Source: Zootoca vivipara
Lineage: Eukaryota
Length of the DNA: 64,000 bases
Direction of reading: 5' to 3'
Assembly: GCF_963506605.1 (NCBI RefSeq)
Contig: NC_083276.1
Coordinates: 76,942,001 to 77,006,000 of the forward strand
The position numbers and the translations under genes were made by a program. Within the stretch, counting starts at the first letter, position 1. Every line of letters begins with the position of its first letter. The notes under the pieces were generated by a model. The model searched no databases. It had not been told where the DNA came from and worked only from the letters and a program-made list of their open reading frames with translations. Of this stretch, positions 1-12,511 are shown piece after piece.

Positions 1-568
1 ATAAGAGCTGATAGTAGTTCAGTTACTGTGGAAGGATCCATGTCAATAAGTCTCTTTAGGAATCCACCCCCCAAAGCCTGTCAGATATGATATAGGGCTG
101 TTCCACTTCAGTGGTCTGCAAAGCATCAAACTACTACTGAAAAAAACAATGCTAACAGTTACAGGTTCTAAGGCAACATCCTGGAGCTTCATCTTTCACT
201 TTGCTATATTCTACAATCGGACAGTAGCCAATTTAAAATGGTATTGTTAAGTCAATACAATTCTGAGCAAAGGGTTCAATATGAACAGTATGTGCATGCT
301 AACTGAGGATGCATTCTCAACTCTGTCTTGTATGCAGATGGTAAATAAAGAAGATTTCTCACCTCTATCCTGTAATAGCTTTGTTATAGACTTTCATTAT
401 GAGATATACCGTACTTTGCATGTTAAGCATGCCTAGTCCCACAGAGCACCACTCATCTTAAATGCTCAACTGCACTTAAACCCTACAAATGTCAAGAAGG
501 CACATATACTTAATGAAACCTATGTAACATTGCCAAATAGTTTTAACAGCATTCTAAAGGAACTTAGA

Positions 569-601
569 ATGGGGTCACGAAGAGTCGGACACAACTAAAC
601 A
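569..601 (+). mobile_element. BovB/RTE 3'-terminal fragment
   Basis: ATGGGGTCACGAAGAGTCGGACACAACTAAAC matches the 3' end of the BovB copy at 51409-51707 (reverse complement). Confidence 0.7.
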
Positions 602-944
602 TCCACCCCACAGTGGTCACTGAAAAGATTTCGCCAATGCATGTTGCTCCCTTTTGTGGATCCCCATCAGAATTCTTCTCATGCACTAATCCAATCTCAT
701 GTAGAGGGGTAGTAACACTAAGGGCTCAGCTACACAGCTGCAAATAAAACACTTTAAATCTGTTGTAAAGTGCAATATACAAATGTGACACTAGATGGAG
801 ACAGTGAGTTATGCAAAATTCAATGTATTTTTCAAAAAAAAATTATAAAAGCATTTTGATACATGCTGTGGCTTGGTCTAGACATAAAATTTCGTGGTCC
901 TTGAGCATGACTGAAGCATATGAAAAAGGCCACATAGTTACAGG

Positions 945-1112
945 CAGGCCTGGCTCTAGGTGTAGTCCCGGTGGCGCGGGGCGCCAGGGCGGCGGGCCGG
1001 CAGGGGGGGCGCTCGCGGCGAAGCTGTGCGGAAGCCGTGCTGCGCGCTGCGAGGGCGGGGACGCCGGAGCGATCTCCGTGCCAGGGTGCCCGACCTGCTT
1101 GAGACGGCCCTG
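945..1112. mobile_element. GC-rich hAT-type MITE
   Basis: Imperfect terminal inverted repeats CAGGCCTGGCTCTAGG...CTTGAGACGGCCCTG; 8-bp flanks GTTACAGG/GTTACAGT (7/8 TSD). Confidence 0.7.
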
Positions 1113-1199
1113 GTTACAGTGTAGCATTCTGGTATAACCTGTTAAAGATAAACCCCATATCTATTACAGCTATCATACTGTTGTAATAAAAAAAAATTA

Positions 1200-1377
1200 C
1201 AGTGCTACCTTGGTTTACAAACATAATCCGCTCCAGAGGTCCGGTTGTAAACCAAAAGAGGTTGTAACCCAAGGTGTACTTTTGCCAATGGGGCCTCCAA
1301 AAAAATGGGTTGTAATTAAAAACTTCCAGGTTTGACATGGTTGTAATCCAAAATGGGTGCAAACCAAGGTACCACTG
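1200..1377. mobile_element. Tc1/mariner (Tigger/pogo-like) MITE
   Basis: TIRs CAGTGCTACCTTGGTTT...AAACCAAGGTACCACTG, flanked by TA on both sides. Confidence 0.8.
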
Positions 1378-2623
1378 TACTATTCCTTAGACAAAGAGGA
1401 CAAAAAAAAATTAAGGCATTCCCTGTTTAAGTGTTTGTACTATCAAATCAGAATATATTTTAATGCCTTTTCATTTAGCAATTTCTTACAGTTTTGAGTC
1501 TACATACAATGTATTCAACAAATTATTTTAAGATAGCATTCCTTTTCATTAGATTCTGCTTGCTTAGGAAATACAAAAGTTGGAGCCATGGTTTATCCAG
1601 TTTTAACCTTTCAATACTGCTTATGCTCCATCTTGCCTTCTTGGCTTTTTACTTCAACTGTCTATCCTTGAATTGTGTGATGTTGGATAGCTGGAGTTGG
1701 AGAGAACATTTTGCTATGGCCTTTGTAGTACATTAGACAGTGATGCAGCCCAGAGCCATAGCTGGGAGGGGTAGCTGGGTTTTTTTGCCCCAGGTGAAGC
1801 CTCCAGAGGGGCACTGTTGAGGCTTCCAGCCTGTGTGTGCATGGGGGTGCCAAACTGGGTCTTTGACCTGGGTGAAACAAAGCCTAGTTTCGCCCCTGAT
1901 GCAGCCAGTGTCACAACTCTATAACTATGATTTCCATATCTCAAGGAATCCTGTACTCATTTGAGTTTGAACAGTGCACATACATTCCAGTGCATTAGCC
2001 ACCTGGAACTCACTCATCTCTCATCTCCATAAGGTCAGGATAGTATATAGTATTTGCATCATTTTAATTCTTTCCTTCATGCTTTTTTTAAAATTAAAAT
2101 GTCTACTGCATGTTGCACTGAAGCTTTCACTGACCGAACCTTCCATAGCAACAGCCAAGCCTCTTTCTTCTGGGTGATTATAATTAGAACCCAATAAGGT
2201 GCATGACTAAATCAAATGAATCCTTTTGATGTATGCTACCTTGCTTTTGTCAACAGAAGGGTAATTTGTCTAAGGTCACAACCCAAGTCAGTAACAAAAC
2301 TCAGCACAAAACCCCAGAGGGTTCCAACCCAGAGTCACATGATCTAACAATGCCTCCTAATACAGGAAGTCACTTGGGGAAAGGGGTTGAGCACAGGACA
2401 AGCCCAAGGGGAGCAGCCAGATTTACATAACAGGCATAGCAGTTTATGGCTGATTCACACATGTTTACCTTATCCAGAGAATCTGCTTATAGGTATCACT
2501 TCTAAAAGTGCTTATTCTACTCTATAGACTGATTAGTGAAGCTGCTGCATGCCTGCATCAGGAAAAGGAAAAGGGGAACACATGCAAATTGGTCTCTGTT
2601 GAAAAGTCACAAATATTACAGCT

Positions 2624-2747
2624 ACAGGTAGGTAGCCGTGTTGGTCTGACGTAGTCGAAACAAAATAAAAAAATTCCTCCCAGTAGCACCTTAGAGACCG
2701 ACTAAGTTTGTCATTGGTATGAGCTTTCATGTGCATGCACACTTCAG
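2624..2747 (-). mobile_element. Short retroposon, Penelope-like terminal fragment
   Basis: Same family as 14742-14839 and 61634-61732; 11-bp TSD ATATTACAGCT (2613-2623, 2748-2758). Family assignment is from recall. Confidence 0.7.
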
Positions 2748-3599
2748 ATATTACAGCTTTAGCCAAGCTCTACAAGATGCACTCCCTCTACTCACAGTTT
2801 ATTATGTCTGAAAGTCAAAGCAACTGGAAAGCAACTGGCAGTTCAGCATTGGTTGCAAAGGGATTTATTAATGCAGGGAAGTGTATAAAGTTACATAATG
2901 AAAAGGCTGTTTGTTTCATCTCCTTAACTTTAGATGGAGCCGCACGGAAAAGCAGAAAACCTGTTGCCAGGCTGAGTGTAAACACAACAAGTGCAATTAA
3001 GACTAAGTCTGCTGCACTGTTGGTGCCACCTGTGCCTACTCATCCTCGCCTCCTACCAATCACTTTGATAGTCGCTTGGTACAGGAAAATGTTTCTAATA
3101 TAAGATGTTCTTGAGCAGATAAGAGAACTGTGTCTGGGGAAAACAATTACATTTTCAAAAGAGAGGAGGAGGAGAAAATATTGCACCAAAGTCTTAAACA
3201 CTGTACTTCCAAATAAGTAGAGAGGATTGCAGTCTTCTAGCCTACTGTCATGCACGTTTACTGATAAGAGGTTTCTGGTACAGCTCACATGCATTCACAG
3301 ACTGCTTGTTTTTTATAGCTGTTGATACATGCTCTGAGCCTTAGGGGTAGGGTGGGTCAAATAGCAGAGTTCAAGGAAGAGGCCACATGCTTATAAATCA
3401 AGTGCAACAAGGAACACGTATGCAGAGTTGAGCCTCAGCTGACTGTAAATCACAATGCATTGCGGTGCATTTGGTGGGTGCTTGCGGTTCAAGCTTCAAT
3501 GTCCAATGCGTGCTTCAATTTCAACACCGCAATGAGATCTTCTCACGGTTTTGGGGGGGTTGGAAAAAACAACAACTAACTTTACATAGGGAGAGGAAA

Positions 3600-4930
3600 G
3601 CCCATCGCGCCGCCAGAAGAATTAAGCCCGCAACTCCATATAATCTGATTTTACGGCAGGCTGAGCATCTTCGGAAAAGCCCAGGAGCCAATAGGGAAAC
3701 GGCGGAGCCAGAGACTCGGTCCTCAAATATGTGCGACTGACTCTCGGGGGCCGAAGCAAGAAACACGAGCAGGTTGAACAGGCTAAGCCACTCCGCCGAA
3801 GGCTGCGAGCGAATGGATTTCCCCCAAGGAATGGAAACGGGAGGCAGATCGCTAGGTGGCCCCACCCTCCCCCAGTAGGGGACGAGCAGGGGGAAATAAA
3901 AGTGCCGGGTGATTCGCCCAGCGGGTGATTCCCAACTTGTAGAAGGCGCTGCCGATCGCAGGAGGGGGCCCACAATACAAAGGTCCAAGGCAACCAAGGG
4001 AGAGCGAGAGACATTCCCAGTGACACAGCAGGAGAAAAGAGGCATCTGTTGCGGCTCCCCCGAGGGAAGCGGGCGGGGCGGGGTAGAATTGTGTGAAGCG
4101 GAGGTGGCCGGGTGGGACTGGAGAGAAGGGGGGTTCTGGGGCTCCAAAAGTAAAGGCAGAAGGCGGGTAAATCGTACGGGACAATACGGAAACGGTGTGC
4201 GTGTGGGAGGCAGGGAGAAAGAGCGACCCGAGAGTCCATGGTACGCAGCACACTCCCTTACCTGGCCAAGTCTCCACTCGCTTAAGCCGGGACAGAAACA
4301 GCCGAGCAAATCCTCTTTCCCGAGTCCAGCCCCTCCGGCGGCAGCGGCGGCTTCTTTCCGCCTTCTCTCAGCGCTGGCAGAACTGCTCCTGCCTCCCGCG
4401 GCGCAAGGTCACCCGCTCCCCTCCAGTGGGCGAGCTGGCCCCTCAGTGTCGTCGTACAGCATTCCACTTCGCTCTTCTGGCTCCGGGTTTTGCAAAGCGC
4501 TCTCCACGGCCGCGGCCCCCCGCGATGGTTGCAGCAAGTTGCTTGCTCGCGCCTGCCTTCCCTCTCGGCGGACGCACTAGGAGCCTCGGCTGGCACTGAG
4601 CGCGCGCGCGCGCCTCTCCCAGCTGAGCTCCTGGCAGAAGAAATGCGACGCTTCGCTTGGTCTCCGCAACCTGCAGCCTCGCCTCAGCGCACCGGCCCGG
4701 AGCGCCCGGCTCGCGCTCCTCCCATTGGCCAGCCCCGCCTCCCCAGCCCCGGGCTCCGCCCCGCCCCCCGTGTCCTGCTATGCCAGGTATGGGCAGAAGA
4801 ACTACAACAGAACAGCGAGGGAGAACAGGAAGCGCCGCTCCGCCAACCAACCACCGTTTGCTCCCCTTCCTCTGCCAGCCAGCAGATTCCTAAAGTTTGG
4901 AGGAAGACGAGCTTGCGTTTCTTTTTGAAA
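3600..4930. promoter_or_regulatory. CpG island / probable bidirectional promoter
   Basis: High GC and CpG density against a CpG-depleted background; CCAAT box (ATTGG 4724-4728), GC boxes (4733-4740, 4756-4767), (GC)7 run 4600-4613. Confidence 0.9.
4262..4620 (-). other. First (5'UTR) exon of an unidentified minus-strand gene running leftwards out of the window; 5' boundary approximate
   Basis: Strong donor CAG|GTAAGG at 4262/4261, immediately downstream of the CCAAT and GC boxes. The only ATG I found in the exon opens a 17-aa uORF (4462-4409). Confidence 0.65.
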
Positions 4931-5184
4931 TCGATATCCGTGGCAGAAGGCGGGTTTTGGAATCGTTCCCTAGCTCTAGGAGAGCTTTCCCCTGAGGCCT
5001 ATCACGTTGCATCCAGAGCATTGCCAAGTTTTCCTGGTTCTTACCCCATAGCTTTTAGGTAAACAAACACCTGACCAAAGCCAACGCTTACCTATTCCAA
5101 GGCCACTTCGTTGGGAGTTTGGGACTCTTAAGAACCTGGTGACAAATGAGGCTGCCCCTCAGACCAGGAATCCTGGCTCTACAG

Positions 5185-5525
5185 CAGCGTTTCTCAACCG
5201 CTGTTCCGCGGCACACTAGTGTGCCGCGAGACGCTGGCTGGTGTGCCGCGACGTGCGGCGACGAGAAGGGCGATTTGCATTGTCACGTGCCTGGCGGCCG
5301 CCAATACACTGACCCGCCGGAAAGCAATATTTCTCCTCCTCTTTCCCAAAGCTCAGTGCAAACTGACCCACCGGAAAGCAATATTTGGCAAGTGTTTCTT
5401 ACAGTCATAATTATAATATAGGGCGGCACAGAGTTAAATTTTTAAACTTTTTTAATGGTGGTGTGCCTCATGATTTTTTTCACGGAACAAGTGTGCCGTG
5501 GCCCAAAAAAGGTTGAGAAACACTG
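5185..5525. mobile_element. hAT (Charlie-group) non-autonomous DNA transposon
   Basis: TIRs CAGCGTTTCTCAACC...GGTTGAGAAACACTG; perfect 8-bp TSD CTCTACAG (5177-5184, 5526-5533). Confidence 0.92.
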
Positions 5526-6299
5526 CTCTACAGCACTGGCAGATCCACTTGGTAGGTTGAACCAGGAATCTGCACTTCTTTGTTGGAAGGTTTTGAAGTT
5601 ATTTTCATAAGTGACTCAGCAGAAAGAATACCTTATACAGTAACAGAAGTAAGGAGCTTTCCATGGGCCTAATTGGCAGGAGTCCTACTTGGGTCTGGAG
5701 GGGCTGTGTTCCCCAAGCCACAACCACCCATCCCACACCTGGTGTTGTACATGGTCAGGTAAAGACACCACTGCAAAAGGGTTGTCATTCGGTGACATTT
5801 AAACTTGATGTGTGCAAGCCCCACTGAGATTCATTCCAAAAAATCTTGGTCGGATGTTCCACTGAAATTAATGGGAGTTTATACTTCCCATAATGTATGT
5901 TTATGGTTGGGATATTAATGTTATAGTCTTAGCTTTGCCTCTATCGCAGACTGAATTACCTAATCCAGTTCCACCCCATACTCCTGCAATAAGTCATAGC
6001 AAATATTTGCCCTTGCATTAATCAGAGCTGGATCAAATCCATTTCTCATTCTTCCTCCTCTTATTGCTAGAAACTGCAATGCATTCCAGGAACCCTAGAG
6101 TAATACATTTAAAGTAGTTTTAAAAAACCAGGGCAAATTTACATTTGTTTAGTAAAAAGAGACAATGACTTGTTGAATGGCCTAGGTCTACATAGCCATA
6201 GTACTTTATATTACTAGCTACATAATTAGCTGCTAACACTTATATATGAAGTCACCATCTTATGTGATGATAATAACAAGAGGCAGGGCTGGAAGCTAA

Positions 6300-6300
<1 letters not shown>

Positions 6301-6337
<37 letters not shown>

Positions 6338-6539
6338 TTATTATACCCCGCCCATCTGGCTGGGTTTCCCCAGCCACTCTGGGCGGCTTCCAACAGAAAA
6401 ATAAAACAGAATAATCTATTAAACATTAAAAGCCTCCCTGAACAGGGCTGCCTTCAGATGTCTTCTAAAAGTCTGGTAGTTGTTTTCCTCTTTGACATCT
6501 GTTGGGAGGGCGTTCCACAGGGCAGGCGCCACCACCGAG
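6301..6539 (-). mobile_element. L2 LINE 3' end with (TAA)n tract
   Basis: Reverse complement of the 3' part of the L2 copies at 53019 and 60357; (TAA)12 at 6301-6336. Confidence 0.88.
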
Positions 6540-7329
6540 TTGCATATATGCCTTCCCTTCAGATGTTTTTCGACTCCTAACTCTCTTCACCCTGACTATT
6601 GGCACTGTTGGCTGTGGCCCAGTTTCTGGGCTTTCCAGAAGAAGAAAAAATGGTGCAAATTAGGCTCCTATGTATAGGGAACTTTTGAACTGGAAAATTC
6701 TCAGTTTGCATCAGAAAAAATCTGATATCAAAACCATAGGAAGTGATCTAATCTAGCAAGTTTAAGTTACTTCTATTTAGCAGACAAGGTTAAAAATGTG
6801 GAAACTGCCCAACTTGCCTAATGTTGTATTTGCAATTTGTGTCTGTCCATTGTTACTAATGAAGGAAATGGGGAAAATTCCACAGGGAAATTCAGCACTC
6901 TAAAAATTTCCACCCCAAATCACTACGGAGGCTTCTGTAAATTGTCACCAAAACATCTGTAGAGCACCAGAATGTGAAATCTAGTGTAATCCAATCTAAT
7001 ACTTGCTTACATGGAAGTAAATCTGCGGTCAATATGATATTTTGCATACTAAGTGTACTTAAGAGTGCAGTCTTCTTACAGTACAGGATTTTTTTATACA
7101 CATGTGACAAATTGCAGTTAAAATGCAATTAAAAATCCATCCATTAAAGCATTTATTGAAATATATGCACAAGTTGAGCATAGTACTGTAGCCTTAGTTT
7201 TCTTCCCATTAAGATATGTTAAGCAAGTGCCCTCTTCACGTTAGCAGCCCCAAGCACTGGACAGTGAATATAGATCCACTCCACTAGATGATAATGATGG
7301 TGATTACTACTATTATATTTTACAAAGTA

Positions 7330-8258
7330 ACAAAGTACATTCAGTGTCTGTTTTCAAATAGAAGAATCCTTCATACAAGTCAATTACAGTACATTTGAAA
7401 AACTTTTTTGTAGAAGGGGAAAGAGAGGTGGAGAGAGGGGGGAGAGCAAGGTGGGTAAGGGAGAAATTAAGCTTTCATTCTTTACATAGTATATGAGTGA
7501 CACATTTTTTTTGGTCAGTACCTGTATCACGTGGTTAGGTGTCTTATTTTTTATGGCAGAGTAAGAGATCACAGGAGCCAGGGCGTGGTTGGTTGCAGTG
7601 TTGATGTGTGTGAGGTGGAGGCGTTGCTGGGTTAATTTAGTCATATGGATTCTTATGATGTCGGGGAGGATCAGTCATTGTCTTGTTGGCCTGTGTATGT
7701 AATAAAAGGGAGCCACGCTGGGGTGAAGGCACCTTCCTTTGTTTGTCCCTGTGATAGTTTCAGTTTGTTAGCTTTTCTAGTAGGGTGGTTTTCCATACAG
7801 TTTGGTACCAGTGGTCCATGGACACTCCCGGTAGTTCCCTCCAGTGTCTGGTTATGACACTCCTAGCTGCTGAGAGCATGTGACTTACGAGTTCTCTGTC
7901 ATGTAAGTGTGCATTACTGCCTTGGGAAATATTTAGTAGGGCCTATTCTGGAGTTGCTTCTATTACCTGTTTTGTTGCTTTGCAGATTTCTTGTAAGACT
8001 GCTATCCAAAAGGCATTCCCACCACACGTGGAGGTGTGTTCCTGTGGTGGTGCAGCCTCTCCAGAACCTAGGTGAACTTCCTAGGTGCATCACTGCTTAC
8101 GTGGTGTTGGGTACTATCTGCAGATAAGTTTCAAAGTGAGTTCCCTCCTCTTGCTTGAGAGGGGTTTAAAGGGTGGGTTAGTGCACAGCTTTGACCGTTG
8201 GGTTGGGTTTATTTCATACCCTATGTCGTGTTCCCATTGGTCTTTCACTCCACTAGCA
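7330..8258 (-). mobile_element. 5'-truncated, degenerate L1-clade LINE (ORF2 C-terminus + 3'UTR)
   Basis: Minus-strand translation with stops and frameshifts: KDQWEHDIG..., SPRFWRGCTTTGTHLHVWWEC (L1 ORF2 Cys/His zinc-knuckle pattern), ...LSAARSVITRHW...WLPFITY. Boundaries approximate. Confidence 0.82.
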
Positions 8259-9029
8259 TTTTAAAGTAAAATAATATCATCATTTCTCCCCCCCCCTTTG
8301 GAGCGAGCCCCTGCTTGTTCTTTTTATGGCACAAATATTGCTGGCTTTCAGTTTTGTTTAATATCACTAACAGCTTTTTAAAAGCCTCACAAGGGGGGGA
8401 AACCAATAGTACAGATCCTTCAGTACCATGAGAGATGAAAGCTGCAATCCATACCCCCTTACACTGACTGTGGGGTGCTTGGATTGAGCAGAGGCATCCT
8501 TCTGCCAGCTCAGCTGCATTCCCACTGGTGCAGACCTCCCATTCTTTTCAGTCTTCAAACAGCAGGGCAGGTGGAAATTGCACTGGCAGTATTCCTGCAA
8601 AGAAGAAGCCCCAAAATAGCATGGCCCGAGGGTGAGCCTGGGTTGCCCTGAGATCTGCTAGAACTACCATAAGTTGCTGCCACAGCTGGTGCTGGCTAAT
8701 GTAGGAACCAATCCGGGCCTGGAGCTGACACAGGGATTGGGTCCAATCTGTCTTCCCCCCTACCCTTTTAACCACTGAGTGGCCAGGCTGTGCATGGGAC
8801 ACTAGCTCTGTTCCTCTGCAGAGCCTCAGAAGCAGCAGAAAATTCAAATTGCTCTGTAAGTTACAGAGTGATTGCTCCAAGAAGTCCCCAGGGAAAAGTA
8901 TATAGTTCTGAAATTGTTCAGATGATACACAGTTGTTCCAGTTAAGAACATTTTGACCCATTTTTGAATACTGACATGGTTTGGCATCTTGTTTCCTGCT
9001 CTGGGGGCTTTTTATTTCTGAGAAAAGTT

Positions 9030-9490
9030 GAATAAGACGTAACATGATAGAAGTTCATAAAATGATGCATGGCATGGGAAAAGTAAATAGAGAAAAGTTT
9101 TCGTCCCTCTCTCATCACACTGGAGCTTATGCCCATCCAATGAGGCTGAATGTTGGAAGATTCAGCATAGATTCAGAAAAATTCAGGACAGATAAGAGAA
9201 AGTACCGGTACTTTTTCATGCAGCACATAGTTAAACTATGGAACTCACTCCCCCAGAAGGCACCGATGGCCACCAATTAAGATGGCTTTAAAATAGGTTT
9301 AGGCAAATTCATGGAGGATAAGCCTATTAAGGGCTACTAGCCCAGATGCCTATGCTCTGTTTCCACAATCAGAGGCAGTAATGCTTCTGAACACCAGCTG
9401 CAAACCTCAGGAGAAAGTGCTTGGGTCATGCTTGGGAGTTTCCCATAGGTGTTTGGTGGACCAGATTGAGAACAGGATGCTGGACTAAGA
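9030..9490 (+). mobile_element. CR1 LINE 3' fragment
   Basis: DMIEVHKMMHG...HPMRL...RTDKRKY..FFMQHIVKLWNSLPQ is a typical CR1 ORF2 C-terminus, followed by 3'UTR. Confidence 0.85.
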
Positions 9491-9645
9491 TTGGCCATTG
9501 GCTTTTCTTATGCTATTATACTCTGTACTTTTAGCTGCGTGCACAAATAAATAAGCAGTAAAGGCAGATTTTCCCAGCATGGAAATAGGTGCAAAGAAGG
9601 GAAAGCTGCCCTTGTTGATTTTTTGCCTCCCGTGCCATAGTTTAG

Positions 9646-9781
9646 CAGGCATCCCCAAACTGCGGCCCTCCAGATGTTTTTGCCTACAACTCCCATGATC
9701 CCTAGCTAACAGGACCTGTGGTCGGGGAAGACGGGAATTGTAGTCAAAAACATCTGGAGGGCTAAAGTTTGGGGATGCCTG
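9646..9781. mobile_element. Palindromic hAT-type MITE
   Basis: TIRs CAGGCATCCCCAAACT...AGTTTGGGGATGCCTG; internal CTACAACTCCC palindrome shared with 17994-18129. Confidence 0.85.
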
Positions 9782-9831
9782 GTTTAAGGCATAGAGTCTC
9801 CTGTGTCCAGAAAAAGAGATCACAACCCTCA

Positions 9832-10061
9832 GTTCCCCTTAAACATGATAAATGTTAAGTTGCACACACAACTAAGGCTAAGTATTCCATTGGCAACAGA
9901 CATTCCCAGTGACACAGCAGGAGAAAAGAGGCATCTGTTGCGGCTCCCCCGAGGGAAGCGGGCGGGGCGGGGTAGAATTGTGTGAAGCGGAGGTTCCCCT
10001 TAAACATGATAAATGTTAAGTTGCACACACAACTAAGGCTAAGTATTCCATTGGCAACAGA
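9832..10061 (+). repeat. 69-bp direct duplication (9832-9900, 9993-10061) flanking a templated copy of 4009-4105
   Basis: Direct sequence comparison: the two 69-mers are identical, and 9898-9994 is identical to 4009-4105. Confidence 0.95.
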
Positions 10062-11010
10062 ATGACACTGTAATTGGAGTTGATGTGAGTTGAAACATGG
10101 AGAGTGCTTTGCTGTAATCCTACCAGCATCTGCAAGAAAACAACCTGATATGCCACCTGAGCTGCTGGCAGTCAGCAGCTGACACCTTTATTTTTACCTG
10201 AGTCAAAGGTACACTTCCTGAGTTTGAGCTGGTTTCTATCTAAGCTAGTAGCAAAACAAGGAAGTGACTCAATGGCTCTATCTGAGTGGCCTACTCAAAG
10301 AATCAATCAGTTACTTATGCTAGTATTATTTGGATCAGAGAAGGTGTCATAAGCAATTATAGGATTCTCTACCACTAGAGAAAAGTCCGTTTTCAGAGCA
10401 GAAGACTTTGAACCAAACCAGGTGTGGTGAAGAATATCGGAATTCCCTGCTGCTTTTTTTTTTAAAAAAAAAAACCTAAAGGGAATGAGGAGAATTGGAT
10501 TAGGTGATGATGTTTAACCCTATGCTGTTTTCCTAAACCAAATTCCCCTCCCAAAGGGAGAAAACATACAGGTACTTGAATGGCGTTAGCATGTCCCATC
10601 TCCCCAATGGGAGACAGAGCAGCTTTTGGGAGGGTTGATAAAAAAACAACCTAGCAGAATGTGGTTTTGCTATTGGTTTTAAGCATCTTATAGTTGTACA
10701 AATGTTATTTCCCTGATGTGGAGAAAATCTTTATCTCAATCAACACCTCCCCCACCTTATCGACCTGCAGGGAGAAAGAGTGACCTGAGAGTCGAAAAAG
10801 CTGTGGGATATCTTGATCATGGATCTCCTGTATCAAAGTGTAACTTGTAAATGTCTACTTGATGCAACCCACTTCCTCTTCTTCATTATCCCTAAATTTG
10901 GGCTTTGATAACAGAACAGGTATTTGCATGGAGAATTCCTATCTTGCTCTAATGCAGTTCAAAAATACTGTTCTTCATTTGCGCTACTGCTACTTGTTTG
11001 CCAGCTTCTA

Positions 11011-11370
11011 GACCCAGGTGGTGCTGTGGGTTAAACCACAGAGTCTAGGGCTTGCTGATCAGAAGGTCGGCGGTTCGAATCCCTGCAACGGGGTGAGCTC
11101 CCATTGCTCGGTCCCAGCTCCTGCCCACCTAGCAGTTCGAACGTACATCAAAGTGCAAGTAGATAAATAGGGACCGCTCCGGCGGGAAGGTAGACGGCGT
11201 TTCCGTGCGCTGCTCTGGTTCACCAGAAACAGCTTTGTCATGCTGGCCACATGACCCGGAAGCTGTCTGCGGACAAACGCCGGCTCCCTCGGCCCATAGA
11301 GCGAGATGAGCGCCGCAACCCCAGAGTCGGACACGACTGGACCTGATGGTCAGGGGGCCCTTTACCTTTA
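11011..11370 (+). mobile_element. Sauria SINE (Squam1)
   Basis: tRNA-like head GGTGGTGCTGTGGGTTAAACC...GGTTCGAATCC, BovB-like 3' GAGTCGGACACGACT, ACCTTT tail. Confidence 0.93.
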
Positions 11371-12329
11371 CAACTACAATGCTTACACTACAAAAATAGG
11401 CACATGTGTATGATGCAGTGACTAGCTCAGGGGCAGGGTCTCTTTGGGTTCTTTAGACCATATTGTTTATTTCCAAAATTGTTTGGAATAGCCACTTGAA
11501 CAAGAGAATGTCAAAATGTCAGAATGATTAAATCATTCTGGTTTATATGATTCTAGGTTGTAGATTTTTTTTTCCAAGGGGAAATCCTTGCTGCACATTG
11601 ATTTGGATTATAATCAAAAGGAAAAGCCAACAGGGAGTTTTTGTTGAATGCAGCAAGATAAACCTGCTTCATAAAAATAATTAAAAGCCTGTGTTTCGCT
11701 GACGATAAGGCGGTGCCATAAAACTGTCGCCTTCCTTGGCAGCAATCAACATGGGGGCTTGAAAAAATAATCTCTGTTTAGAGAACTGCCAGGAATGAAA
11801 TGTGTCTACTTGATGTTTTCTAAACTCCAGTTGTTTGCTAAAGCCTTTAAAGATTAGGGTTTTAAAGAAGCTGAGCCCCTGTCTCAAAAGATTTTGGGCT
11901 GGTCCTTAAATTCAGGTACATGTATTCCGAAATCTAAATCATACAAGCTAAAGAAAGAATCAGGTAGGAAGGCAGTAAGAACAAGCTTCAAGAAAAAGCA
12001 GGATCCTTCCCACTATGGCAAAGGACTAAAATAGCTTCCCTGTCATAGCAAGTGGACAGCTGTCCTCTGCTTGAAGCTTTGGAAGACTGAGTGTGGTCTG
12101 CCAGGTTCAACGCATCAGTGCTATATGGCCAAAAAAAAAGGACATATGTTTTTTCTAGCCATTCTTTGTTGGGTGTTCCTACTATTTGTTTGTTTCATTT
12201 ATATACCACCCTTCATCATAAGATCTCAGGGCAGTTCAGATACACATACTACTACTACTACTACTACACACAGGTTCAGATCTACATGTTTCAAAGCTTA
12301 GAGTATCTGGGAGGAATGGCCCTTAAATA

Positions 12330-12511
12330 CTGTATATTCCTGCATATAAGACTACTTTTTAACCCAGGAAAATCTTCTCAAAAGTCGGGGGTCATCTTAT
12401 ACGCCAGGTCGTATTTCTTATACAGCGAGTGTATCCCAAACTCTATATTTTAACTGGAAAAGTTGGGGGTCGTCTTATATGCCCAGTCGTCCTATATGCC
12501 GGAATATACGG
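12330..12511. mobile_element. Tc1/mariner-like MITE
   Basis: TIRs CTGTATATTCCTGCATATAAGAC...GTCCTATATGCCGGAATATACGG; related element at ~62495-62662. Confidence 0.72.

Noticed and set aside
3521-5062. Long overlapping ORFs (up to 262 aa) on both strands
   Set aside because: Stop-poor GC-rich CpG island; low-complexity Pro/Arg/Gly/Ala products, mostly non-ATG starts, no recognisable domain.
6226-6426. Poly-Leu ORF resembling a signal or transmembrane peptide
   Set aside because: Translation of the (TTA)n tail of an L2 element.
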